A stretch of DNA of 64,000 nucleotides from Alphaproteobacteria bacterium (lineage in GTDB: Bacteria; Pseudomonadota; Alphaproteobacteria; MPNO01; UBA830): assembly GCA_964291215.2 (NCBI GenBank), contig OZ219790.1, positions 2,530,588 to 2,594,587 of the forward strand. The letters run 5' to 3'. Shown piece by piece: positions 10,923 to 19,622 of the stretch (positions within the stretch are counted from its first letter, which is position 1; every line of letters begins with the position of its first letter). Position numbers and translations under genes: made by a program. Below the pieces are notes generated by a model that did no database searches, had not been told where the DNA came from, and was given only the letters and a program-made list of their open reading frames with translations.

Positions 10923-11252
10923 ATGACGGCAGCAAGGATGGCGATGCCCGGCAATACGGCGAGCACGTTCCTGGTCCACTATTTCGGCGGCCTCGACGGC
11001 GACGACCGCTTCGTGGTCGAGCGGTTCCGCGCCCTGGCCTGCGGCGACATTCGTCCGGTCCGGGACGGCGAGGAGAACGCGAAGGGGCGTCGCAAGGTCA
11101 GGCGCACCGTGGTCTCGCGCAAGGAAGCCGAGGCGATGCGCCCGGAGCGCACCGAGATCATCGTGTGCACCGGCCTTCGCACCCGCGGCGGGAAACAGGC
11201 CTGGGGTTCGGTTGCGGCGGGCCTCCTGTGCGACCGCAAGCAGCGCGGCTGA
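10923..11252 (+). CDS. Hypothetical protein
   Basis: 109 aa ORF with GGAG upstream and coding-like codon usage. Confidence 0.5.
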   Translation: MTAARMAMPGNTASTFLVHYFGGLDGDDRFVVERFRALACGDIRPVRDGEENAKGRRKVRRTVVSRKEAEAMRPERTEIIVCTGLRTRGGKQAWGSVAAGLLCDRKQRG

Positions 11253-11322
11253 GCGCTTTCCCGAGGGACGTCCCGGCCGGGCGTCCCTCTTCCGTTTCCC
11301 CCACGGCAAGGAGAACGCTCCC

Positions 11323-12276
11323 ATGTGCGAGCAGCGGAACATCGAGGCCCGGCGCGCGCGCGGCAAGCGCGAACCCGAGCCCGCGCGGACCCTGTGCGCG
11401 CCCTGCGGCGAGAAGCGGAACCGGGCGAGCCGGGCCAGGGACGCAAGGCTGCGCACCGCCGGCCTCCCCCGGAGAGACCCCGACAAGGCCCGCGCCCAGG
11501 AGCGCGACCGGTCCCGCCGCGAGGCTGAAATGCGCCGCGACGCCGGGCTCTGCATCCGGTGCGGCAAGCAGCCGGCCGCCGATGGCCGCGCGTCCTGCGA
11601 GCCGTGCCTGGAGAAGCGCCGGGCAGCGGACCGCGCGAAATACGCCGCCGGGAAAGCCGCCGGCCTCAAGTATGGCGGGGCCGATGCCGAGGCCAAAAGG
11701 CGCGCCGCCCGGGCGAAGAGCAAGCGCCGCCAGAAAGCCCGGATCGAGGCGGGACTCTGTATCCGCTGCGGCAAGCGTCCCCCCGTCGAGTGCGGAACCA
11801 CCTGCCAGCCCTGCCGGGACAGGAGGCAGGCGGCGGAACGGCGGCAATATGACGAACGCAGGGCCGGGGGCCGTTGCACACGCTGCGGGCAGCCGGCCGG
11901 CCTCTCGCGCTGCGGCCCCTGCGCCGCCATCGAAAAGGCCAGCCATAACCCGGAGCGCAAGAACGCACGCTCGCGGCAGTTGTACGCCCGACGCCGGGCC
12001 GCCAGCCTGTGCACGGCCTGCGGGGCGCCGTCACAGGGGGCGGCGCGCTGTGCGCCCTGTGCCGAGAGGTCGTATCAAGGCTCGGCGCATTTCAGGGGCA
12101 TCCCGGTCCACGAGCCGGTCTGGACCGTGATCGAACTGGAGACCGGCCGCGAGCACGGTCCGTTCGACGATCCGGCCGATGTCGCCCTCTGCCTCGCCTT
12201 CGGGAAGCTCGACCGCAACCGCGTCGAGATCGTCGCCGACGCCCCCGTCACCGCCTCCTTCACCGCCTGGACCTGA
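11323..12276 (+). CDS. Tandem zinc-ribbon (CxxC..CxxC) repeat protein with basic helical linkers
   Basis: AAGGAG before ATG 11323; GLCIRCGK..CEPC, GLCIRCGK..CQPC, GRCTRCG..CGPC, SLCTACG..CAPC. Confidence 0.7.
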   Translation: MCEQRNIEARRARGKREPEPARTLCAPCGEKRNRASRARDARLRTAGLPRRDPDKARAQERDRSRREAEMRRDAGLCIRCGKQPAADGRASCEPCLEKRRAADRAKYAAGKAAGLKYGGADAEAKRRAARAKSKRRQKARIEAGLCIRCGKRPPVECGTTCQPCRDRRQAAERRQYDERRAGGRCTRCGQPAGLSRCGPCAAIEKASHNPERKNARSRQLYARRRAASLCTACGAPSQGAARCAPCAERSYQGSAHFRGIPVHEPVWTVIELETGREHGPFDDPADVALCLAFGKLDRNRVEIVADAPVTASFTAWT

Positions 12277-12770
12277 CATCCTGTCCCGGGCGGCGATGAC
12301 GGCGCTCGCCTGGCCGCGATTCGCCGCGCCGTCCCTGTGTCGTGGAGAGGAGTGAAGCGCCTGCCGGGCGAGTGTCCGGCAGGACGGAGGAGAGGACTCC
12401 CCGCCGATGCCGGATCGATGTCCGGCACAGGTCGCCGGGCAGGGCAACGGCAAAGGAGACCCCCCCATGTTCCATCCCGATACACCCCTCGACCTTCCGC
12501 TCGGCTGCGACCTGCTCGCCGAACTCGGCGTCGCACCGTCCGCGAGATCGCCGAGGACGAGCGCGCCATCCGCTGCCCCGACAGGGGCGCGGCCTGTCCG
12601 GTGCACGGCTTCGCAAGCCTCTTCCCGGAACCGGCGTCGTCGTTCTCTCCGGGCGGTCAGGGGTAGAGGAGGGCCTGAAGAGATTGAACGGGCGGGGGTT
12701 CGGGGGAGTGACCCCGGCCCCGTCCGTTCGCAACCCATCGTCATCAACGCGAACCTGAAGGAGTATCGCA

Positions 12771-13213
12771 ATGAGCTTCGGACTGAACAAGGCGCAGATC
12801 ATCGGCCGCCTCGGTGCGGACGTCACCATCAACCACCTGCAGAACGGCGGCCGCGTCGCCAATCTGAGCGTTGCCACCGACGAGAGCTACATCGACCGGA
12901 ACGGCAGCGGCGAGCGGATCGACAGGACCGAGTGGCACCGGGTCGTGACCTTCCAGGACGGGCTGATCGACATGCTCGCCAGGCACGCCACGAAAGGCCG
13001 GCTGGTCTACATCGATGGCAAGCTCCAGACCCGGCGCTGGGCGAGGACGGCGACCGCTTCTCGACCGAGATCCTGCTCGTGCCCGGCGGGCGCGTCCAGT
13101 TCCTCGACAAGGCGAACGGCAATGCTGCGCAGCCCGGTCCGGACGCGACGAGCGACGCCGGCCCCGTGCCGGCCGGCGGCGACCCGATGGATGGGGACCA
13201 TATCCCGTTCTAG
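12771..13213 (+). pseudogene. ssb: Single-stranded DNA-binding protein (frameshift near 13040)
   Basis: LNKAQIIGRLGAD..VANLSVAT..TEWHRVV..KGRLVYIDGKLQTRRW; acidic tail GDHIPF in another frame. Confidence 0.85.
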
Positions 13214-13237
13214 AGCTTCCCGTTCTTCCTTCCCCAC

Positions 13238-13270
13238 AGGGTCGGCGCCTCGTGCGTCGGCCCTTTTCTC
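13238..13270 (+). terminator. Rho-independent terminator after ssb
   Basis: AGGGTCGGCGC-CTCGT-GCGTCGGCCCT followed by TTTCTC. Confidence 0.55.
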
Positions 13271-13394
13271 ATGCGGGCAGGTTCGAGTCTCGCCGCGGCG
13301 CATACGGAGTGGGAGCGAGGCTGGAAAGCGGGTGAACCGCGCGAGGAGGAGAGGGAGTCCGCTCGCGCACCCGTCACGCTACCCGGAGAACCCG

Positions 13395-13622
13395 ATGAGC
13401 ACCATCTCCTTCCGCCGCATCGCCCCCGACGAATCCCGCACCTACCGGGACGGCGACCATGTCGGAGACGTCCACGCCTTCGACGACAGCATCCGGCCGG
13501 GGCGCAGGGTGTTCGCCATACATCTCGACGAGGACCCGCGCGGGCCGATGTATCTCCACGACCGCACCCGCATCCGCGAGACCGCCCGGCAGCGGGTCGA
13601 CTCCCATCCCCTGTGGAACTGA
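13395..13622 (+). CDS. Small hypothetical protein (75 aa)
   Basis: GGAG RBS; MSTISFRRIAPDES..HPLWN. Confidence 0.55.
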   Translation: MSTISFRRIAPDESRTYRDGDHVGDVHAFDDSIRPGRRVFAIHLDEDPRGPMYLHDRTRIRETARQRVDSHPLWN

Positions 13623-13795
13623 CGCAAAGACGGCAGGGCCGGAAATCCTTCCCGGCGCCATGCCGGCCGAACCGCCGATGGGGTCCGTGCAGGGCCAGAG
13701 AAATACGCCACCCCGCTGTGCTGTCCCATTGTGCCACACGTGCTCTCTCCAGCAACCCCTTCGGGGTCCTCCGGTCGCTGCGCTCCCTGCGGCCC

Positions 13796-13948
13796 GGGCA
13801 AGAAGCTCTAGGGGCGGACCGTGAAAGCCGGCGACCGTGAAGATCGCGTGTCAGAGGCCGAGCACGCCTGGCATCGGCGGTGCGAACGCGATCTTCCGCA
13901 CCACTCGCCGACTTTCCGCACCACTCCGCCCCAAGAGCTTCTAAGCCC
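13796..13948. promoter_or_regulatory. Long imperfect inverted repeat; candidate ssDNA promoter or structured RNA
   Basis: AGAAGCTCT/AGAGCTTCT, GGGGCGGA/TCCGCCCC, GAAAGCCGGCGA/TCGCCGACTTTC and GAAGATCGCGT/ACGCGATCTTC arms pair. Confidence 0.6.
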
Positions 13949-14036
13949 AGGTGCTTCCGTTGCGCGCGCGTGACCCAACAGGACATCACGTCGGGGATCG
14001 GCCCCGAACGTGCAACCCGATCGCAAGGAGATCGTC

Positions 14037-14921
14037 ATGACCTTCGATACCGACACCCGAGAGACCGCCGGACAGTCCGCAACCGTCTGCAAACACGCCG
14101 CCCTCTACGGCGCCACCCCCGAGCGCGACGAGCTCGACCCCCGCGAGGTCTGGGACGAGGACGATGCGCTGACCGCAATCGGCGAGGCCTTCCGCATCCT
14201 CGCCGAAGGCGCCTGCCCCGACGGCACCCAGCTCGCCGACGAACGCGAGAGCCTGCTGTGGGGCTTCGTCAACATGCTCCACGCCCAGAGCCGCCGCCTC
14301 GACCGCAGCGTCGACCGGCTCAGCCCGGACCTGCGCGACCTCCAGCGCGAGCAGGACGGCACCGAGATCAGGTCCCGCGACCTGGAGCTCGTCACCGACC
14401 GCGCGCAGAACCTCGGAGACCGGCACGACGCCTTCGAGAAGATGCGCAACACCGCCGCGCACGCCTACCGCGAAGAGACCGGCGACATGTGGCGGCCCCG
14501 GCACGGCAGCCAGACCGGCACGCTCACCAGCGCCGCCATCGACGCCCGCGACTTCGTCCGTGCCCGCAAGGACCGCGCGACCATGGCGCACCTGCCGCAG
14601 GGCACCCTCGTCGCCATCGCAGGCGGCAAGGACGTCGCCGACCAGGCCCGCGCCAAGTATGCCAACCTCGTCCTCGTCCACGGCGGCGGCCCCGGCGTCG
14701 AGAAGATCGCCGCCAGCTGGGCCGAGCGCAACGGCGTCCACCAGGTCGTCTGCAAGCCCGACTGGGACCGCCACGGTCGCGCCGCACCCTTCCGCCGCAA
14801 CGACGAACTGCTCAACCTCCTGCCGAAGGGCGTCATCGCCTTCCCCGGCTCCGGCATCACCGAAAACCTCGTCGACAAGGCCCGCAGCCTCGGCATCCCG
14901 GTGATGAAGGTCGCAGCCTGA
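14037..14921 (+). CDS. DUF2493 / SLOG-family protein of plasmid/ICE type
   Basis: AAGGAG RBS; ESLLWGFVNMLH..WRPRHGS..LVHGGGPGVEKIAASWA..AAPFRRND..IAFPGSGITENLVDKAR. Confidence 0.75.
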   Translation: MTFDTDTRETAGQSATVCKHAALYGATPERDELDPREVWDEDDALTAIGEAFRILAEGACPDGTQLADERESLLWGFVNMLHAQSRRLDRSVDRLSPDLRDLQREQDGTEIRSRDLELVTDRAQNLGDRHDAFEKMRNTAAHAYREETGDMWRPRHGSQTGTLTSAAIDARDFVRARKDRATMAHLPQGTLVAIAGGKDVADQARAKYANLVLVHGGGPGVEKIAASWAERNGVHQVVCKPDWDRHGRAAPFRRNDELLNLLPKGVIAFPGSGITENLVDKARSLGIPVMKVAA

Positions 14922-15038
14922 CCGCAACGCATCGCGGGCCGTGTCGTCGCTCCGGCGGCGGCACGGTCCGTTTCCTCTTTCGCACATCGATGACGCGGCA
15001 ACGCCAACCTCGCGCGCTTCGCGCCGCACTCGTGCAGA

Positions 15039-15113
15039 GCCTGCCCCGGACTGCGGTCCGGGGTCTCGCTGTCGCTCGCCGTTGCGGCGCCTGCCCCGGA
15101 CTGCGATCCGGGG
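15039..15113. repeat. Two 25-bp direct repeats with a 50-bp period, each a hairpin
   Basis: GCCTGCCCCGGACTGCGRTCCGGGG at 15039 and 15089. Confidence 0.7.
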
Positions 15114-15760
15114 CTGCCGCATCACGCGCCGCTGCACCATGCTTCGCATGGGTGCATCGCGGGCCGCGCCGAACCCGGCGCAGGGCCGCCGGCACTGCTG
15201 ACCCGCCCACTGCCGGCGCTGCTGCCGGACCGGCACGACACCGTGCTTCGCACCGCTGCCCGCAGTCCTGCAGGCGCCCCGTCGGCGCCTCCGATCGCAA
15301 CGGCTATCGCAACCGTCACCGCACCCGCGCGGCCGACGCCGCGGTAACGGGTGCGCCATCCCCGTCTGCGTCTGCGGTAATGTGTGAGCAGCACGCGATC
15401 ACCCTGAACAGCCCCGCTTTCGTCCAGCACGCCTGTATCGCGGTAACATGTGCGCGGCGTCCTTCGGCTCCGCGGAACATGTGCGGCGGCGCCCGTGTCG
15501 CCGAGGTAACGCCGCCGGCTCCGGTGCGCCATGTGTGAAGACTGCCCTCCGCCGTTTGCACGCCGCGCCGCGTTCTGTTACCTCTGCGACCGGACGACAA
15601 CGCGGAACGCGCTCGAAGATCGCGGACCGGTCGTCTCGCTCAATCGCCGCGACGGCTCCCGTCCCTTGTGACGCCGGCGTTTCAGGCGATGGTGGTGTGC
15701 AGGGCAACCTCGCCCGATCTCGACTCCGTTCGGAGTTTTACCGTCACACCCGACGCACCG

Positions 15761-16198
15761 TTACCCACCGGCATCCCGTTCAAGGAGGCGCCTGATCTCC
15801 AGGATCTCCCTCTCGTGCCCGTCCTTCAACCCCTGCCACCACGCATCATCCATGCCGACCTGACGCCACGCAAGCAGGGACACGACACAGCCGTGCGGAT
15901 CGCCGTCGACGAACCGGCCCGGAATGATGCGGATCATGATGCGCGGGACAAGCGCAGAACGGTCGGGTCCCAGATGGTAGTGGATGGCGTGATGATCCGG
16001 ATCCACCGCTATGCGCGCCCAGATCGGCTGCCCCGTGCCGGGAAAGACGCCCTCGACAACGCCATCGCCGTGAATCGTCGTCTCGCCCATTCCGACCGCC
16101 CAGGACGCAAGCACTTCTGGCGCCGACAGAAACGCGAGCGCGGCATCGGCGGAGCATCCGACAGACACTGAACAGACATGAGCAAAGCCGTCATCCAT
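15761..16198 (-). CDS. SRPBCC/polyketide cyclase-like protein
   Basis: SVSVGCSADAALAFLSAPEVLASW..GHEREILEIRRLLE; last gene of operon. Confidence 0.6.
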   Translation of the reverse strand: MDDGFAHVCSVSVGCSADAALAFLSAPEVLASWAVGMGETTIHGDGVVEGVFPGTGQPIWARIAVDPDHHAIHYHLGPDRSALVPRIMIRIIPGRFVDGDPHGCVVSLLAWRQVGMDDAWWQGLKDGHEREILEIRRLLERDAGG

Positions 16199-16200
16199 GG

Positions 16201-16806
16201 CTACATGTCGACGGCGGTGACAACGAGAATCTCTGCGGCACCGTCGCCGGTGGCAACATAGGCGTGCGCAGTCATGCTGTCGAAGTACATGCTGTCGCCG
16301 ACAACCAGCGTTGCCGGCGCGTAGATGTCGGTGTGGATCGTGACCTCGCCGGACAGCACGAAGACGAACTCCTCACCCTCGTGGGCGCGCAGCCCGCCTG
16401 CATCCTCGAGAGAACGCACGGCGACTCGGTTGAGGCTTGGAATCATCCGCTTGGCCGTCAGCTCGGCGCACAGGAGCTCGAGATCGTAGCGCCGCGTCAC
16501 CTCGCGCTCGCCCTGGCCCCGTTTCGTGATCGCGCGTTTTCCCTTTGCGAAGGTCTCGGTGTCGGAGCGGAAGAATGACACCACGTCGACCCCCAGGACC
16601 TTCGCGAGGATGTAAAGATTGTGGGCGTTGAGCGGCGATATCCCGTTCTCGGCACGCGACAGCATGGACTCCGAGATCGCGGTCAACTCGCTCAGCTCGG
16701 CAAGGGTAAATCCCTTCGCCTTTCTGAAGCGCGCTACGCGCGCGCCGATGCGAAGATTCCTTGCCTCCTCGGCAAGGTCGACAGACTGTTCCAGGGTATC
16801 CACCAT
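16201..16806 (-). CDS. XRE-family HTH-cupin transcriptional regulator
   Basis: IGARVARFRKAKGFTLAELS..SMLSRAENG; HEGEEFVFVLSG..GDSMYFDSMTAH. Confidence 0.9.
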   Translation of the reverse strand: MVDTLEQSVDLAEEARNLRIGARVARFRKAKGFTLAELSELTAISESMLSRAENGISPLNAHNLYILAKVLGVDVVSFFRSDTETFAKGKRAITKRGQGEREVTRRYDLELLCAELTAKRMIPSLNRVAVRSLEDAGGLRAHEGEEFVFVLSGEVTIHTDIYAPATLVVGDSMYFDSMTAHAYVATGDGAAEILVVTAVDM

Positions 16807-16819
16807 CAGTTCCCCATCA

Positions 16820-18112
16820 TCAGAATCCCATCAGGCGCGGCAGCCACAGGCTCAATCCCGGGATATAGGTAACGAACATCAGCGCTGCCAGGCTGACGAC
16901 GAGAAACGGCCAGGATTCGCGCAAGAGCGCCGCGAGCCCGCAGCCGGCAATGCGCTCGGCGGCGAACAGGCAGACGCCGAGGGGCGGCGTAAGGAGGCCG
17001 ATGTTCAGGTTTAGTATCGCGATGGCCCCGAAATGCACCGGGTCGACCCCGGCCGCCTGCGCCATCGCCGCGAGTATCGGGATGAACAGGATGATCGCCG
17101 CCGTCGGATCGACGAACATGCCGAGCACCAGCATGAAAACGTTGAGCACGAGCAGCAGCAGTACCGGATGAAAGCCGAGGTCCCGCACCGTCCGCTCCAC
17201 GAGCGACGGCACGTTCTCCATGCCCATGACCCAAGTGAAGACGGCGCCACACCCGACGATGATCAGGAGCTGCGCCGAAAACACGGCCGACTGGTCGAGG
17301 CACGACAGGAACTCGCGAAGCCCCATCGACCGGTAGAGAAGAATCGCGATGAGCAGTGCATAGAATGCCGCGAGGCCGCCGGCCTCGGTGGGAGTCATGA
17401 TCCCGCCGAGGATGCCGGCGAGGATGATCACCGGGATCAGCAGCGGCGGCACGGCATGGCGCGCCGACCGGCCGATAGCAGGCAGCGACCTGTCGACGGC
17501 GATGCCGCGGTAGCCCCTGCGGCGCGCCTGAACCCACACCAGGCACATCTGGCAGGCCCCGATCAGAAGGCCCGGGACGATGCAGGCGGCAAACAGGGCA
17601 CCGATGGAGACCCCGGTTATCGAGCCGTAGATCACGACGATCAGCGACGGCGGCACCATGGGTCCGATGATCGAGGACGAGGCGGTGACGGCGGCCGCAT
17701 ACGCCGCCGGATAGCCGTTCCGCGTCATTGACGGGATGAACACCCTGCCGAGCGCCGCAATGTCGCCGAGGGCGACGCCGGTTATCCCGGAAAACAGGAT
17801 CGACGCGCCAATGTTCACCTGCGCGAGCCCGCCCGTCATCCAGCCGAACAGGACGTTGGCGAACGATATCAGCCGGTCGGTGATGCGGCCGCGGTTTATG
17901 ATCTCGCCGGCAAGAATGAACAGCGGGATGGCCATGAGGACAAAGACATCCAGGCCCTGGAAGATGCGCTCGGGGAGCACCGGCAGAAAAGCCATCTGGC
18001 CGCTTGCCGCCAACCACACGATGGATGACGCCACCATCGCCCAGGCCACAGGCAACCCCGCGAACAGCAACACCAGGAACGCGCCCGCGAACAGGCAGAG
18101 CGACAGGCTCAC
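16820..18112 (-). CDS. dctM: TRAP transporter large permease
   Basis: AIPLFILAGEI, GGLAQVNI, IIGPMVPPS, TPTEAG, GLLTPPLGVCLF. Confidence 0.9.
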   Translation of the reverse strand: MSLSLCLFAGAFLVLLFAGLPVAWAMVASSIVWLAASGQMAFLPVLPERIFQGLDVFVLMAIPLFILAGEIINRGRITDRLISFANVLFGWMTGGLAQVNIGASILFSGITGVALGDIAALGRVFIPSMTRNGYPAAYAAAVTASSSIIGPMVPPSLIVVIYGSITGVSIGALFAACIVPGLLIGACQMCLVWVQARRRGYRGIAVDRSLPAIGRSARHAVPPLLIPVIILAGILGGIMTPTEAGGLAAFYALLIAILLYRSMGLREFLSCLDQSAVFSAQLLIIVGCGAVFTWVMGMENVPSLVERTVRDLGFHPVLLLLVLNVFMLVLGMFVDPTAAIILFIPILAAMAQAAGVDPVHFGAIAILNLNIGLLTPPLGVCLFAAERIAGCGLAALLRESWPFLVVSLAALMFVTYIPGLSLWLPRLMGF

Positions 18113-18594
18113 ACCGAATCCCTTCCCTTCCGTGCCGACCAGGCGCGGCCGAGGCGGATGGCGAGGAACACGAACGCGATGCCGAAGGCGACGGGGAGCG
18201 CCGCGTAGGGGTATTGCAGCGAGATCTGGAGCCCGTCGCTGGTCTGGCCTTCGGCGAAGCCGAAGGAGCGGACGGCGGCCACGGCCAGAATCGCGAGCAG
18301 CGCCAGCGTGATCAGGTCGAGCCCCAGCATCCAGCGCCGGTGCCATTCCGGGCGCATCAGGTCCGGTACGAAGGCGACGCGAATGTGGGCGTCGATCAGG
18401 ACCGACACCGCGGCGCCGGCGAGCACCGACCACACGAGCGCGTAGCGCGCGACCTCCTCGGTAAAGAACGGCGTGAAGCCGAGGCCGTACCTCATGCCAA
18501 CCTGTGCGAGGACCAGCGCGAACAGCGCGAGAAGCGCTGCCGCGCCGATCACCCGCAGAGCGCGTTCCAGCCAGCCGGTCATCGCCGGACCCAT
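18109..18594 (-). CDS. dctQ: TRAP transporter small permease
   Basis: Four TM segments; QVGMRY..TEEVARYALVW..HIRV. Confidence 0.85.
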   Translation of the reverse strand: MGPAMTGWLERALRVIGAAALLALFALVLAQVGMRYGLGFTPFFTEEVARYALVWSVLAGAAVSVLIDAHIRVAFVPDLMRPEWHRRWMLGLDLITLALLAILAVAAVRSFGFAEGQTSDGLQISLQYPYAALPVAFGIAFVFLAIRLGRAWSARKGRDSV

Positions 18595-18605
18595 TGGCCG
18601 CCGCG

Positions 18606-19622
18606 CTATTTCGAGAGCCGCGCGACCTCGGCGATGACCTCGTCAACCAGGGCCGGCGTGTCAACGTTTTCCTTCAACCACTTCACCGCGGCCGGTCTGA
18701 CGCGGTCCGCGAATGCCTTCTTCATTTCTCTGGTGAAGGGGATGACGGTGACGCCCTTCTCCTTCGCCATGACGATGTTCTTGGCCTCCGCCGCCCGCGA
18801 CGCCTTCCGGTTGTAGGCGACCGCGGCCTTGCCCGCCTCGAGCACCATCGCCTGGAGATCCTTCGACAGGCCGCCGAACCACTCGTCGTTGATGCCGAGC
18901 GGCCCGAAGGAATAGATGTGGCCGTCGAGCATGAGGTATTTCTGGACCTCATGGAGCTTGATCAGGTTGAACACCCAGACCGCATTGTCCTGGCCGTCAA
19001 CGACGCCGGTCTTGAGCGACGTGTAGAGCTCGGGAAACGAGATCGGCGTCGCCGAACCGCCCAGCGTCAGCACCGGTATCCCGAATATCGGCGCCATCAC
19101 CCGCATCTTCTGCCCCTTCATGTCGTCGGGCTCGCGGATGGCGTGGTTCGAGCTGTAGTGCTTGAAGCCGCCGGATTCCCACCATCCGAGGACGCGGATT
19201 CCGGTCTTCTTTCGGATGTCTTCGGCCATGCGCGTACCGATCGGCCCGTCGAGCAGCTTCCAGGCCGTCTGCTCATCAGGAAACAGATAGGGCATGGAGA
19301 GCACCTGGATGTCCTTGTAGATCGAGGCGTAGTTGCCTTCGGAGGCATCGGACATCTGGATGATGCCGCGGCGCACCTGGTTGAGCCGCTCGTTGGGCTT
19401 GCCGAGCGCGCCGCCATAGACGATCTCCATCTTGAGCTTGCCGCCGGAACCCTTCTCGACCTCCGACTTGAACAGTTCGTACATGCCGTTGACCGGCTCG
19501 GCGCCCGGAAACCCCTTCTTGAGCATCAGGCCTGCCTTGAGATCCTGCGCCGACGCGGCATGCGAAATACCGGCGGCAACGATGGCGGCCGCGATCGCGG
19601 CCGTCTTGAGTATCGTTTTCAT
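18606..19622 (-). CDS. dctP: TRAP substrate-binding protein
   Basis: Signal peptide; MPYLF, DMKGQKMRVM, ELYTSLKTGVVDGQDN. Confidence 0.9.
   Translation of the reverse strand: MKTILKTAAIAAAIVAAGISHAASAQDLKAGLMLKKGFPGAEPVNGMYELFKSEVEKGSGGKLKMEIVYGGALGKPNERLNQVRRGIIQMSDASEGNYASIYKDIQVLSMPYLFPDEQTAWKLLDGPIGTRMAEDIRKKTGIRVLGWWESGGFKHYSSNHAIREPDDMKGQKMRVMAPIFGIPVLTLGGSATPISFPELYTSLKTGVVDGQDNAVWVFNLIKLHEVQKYLMLDGHIYSFGPLGINDEWFGGLSKDLQAMVLEAGKAAVAYNRKASRAAEAKNIVMAKEKGVTVIPFTREMKKAFADRVRPAAVKWLKENVDTPALVDEVIAEVARLSK

Noticed and set aside
12771-13213. Programmed frameshift in ssb
   Set aside because: No slippery sequence at the break; it fits a short deletion like those in neighbouring mobile DNA.
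10166-15538. 654-aa and 552-aa Arg/Pro/Ala-rich ORFs
   Set aside because: Off-frame overlaps of better-supported genes; composition typical of GC-rich non-coding frames.
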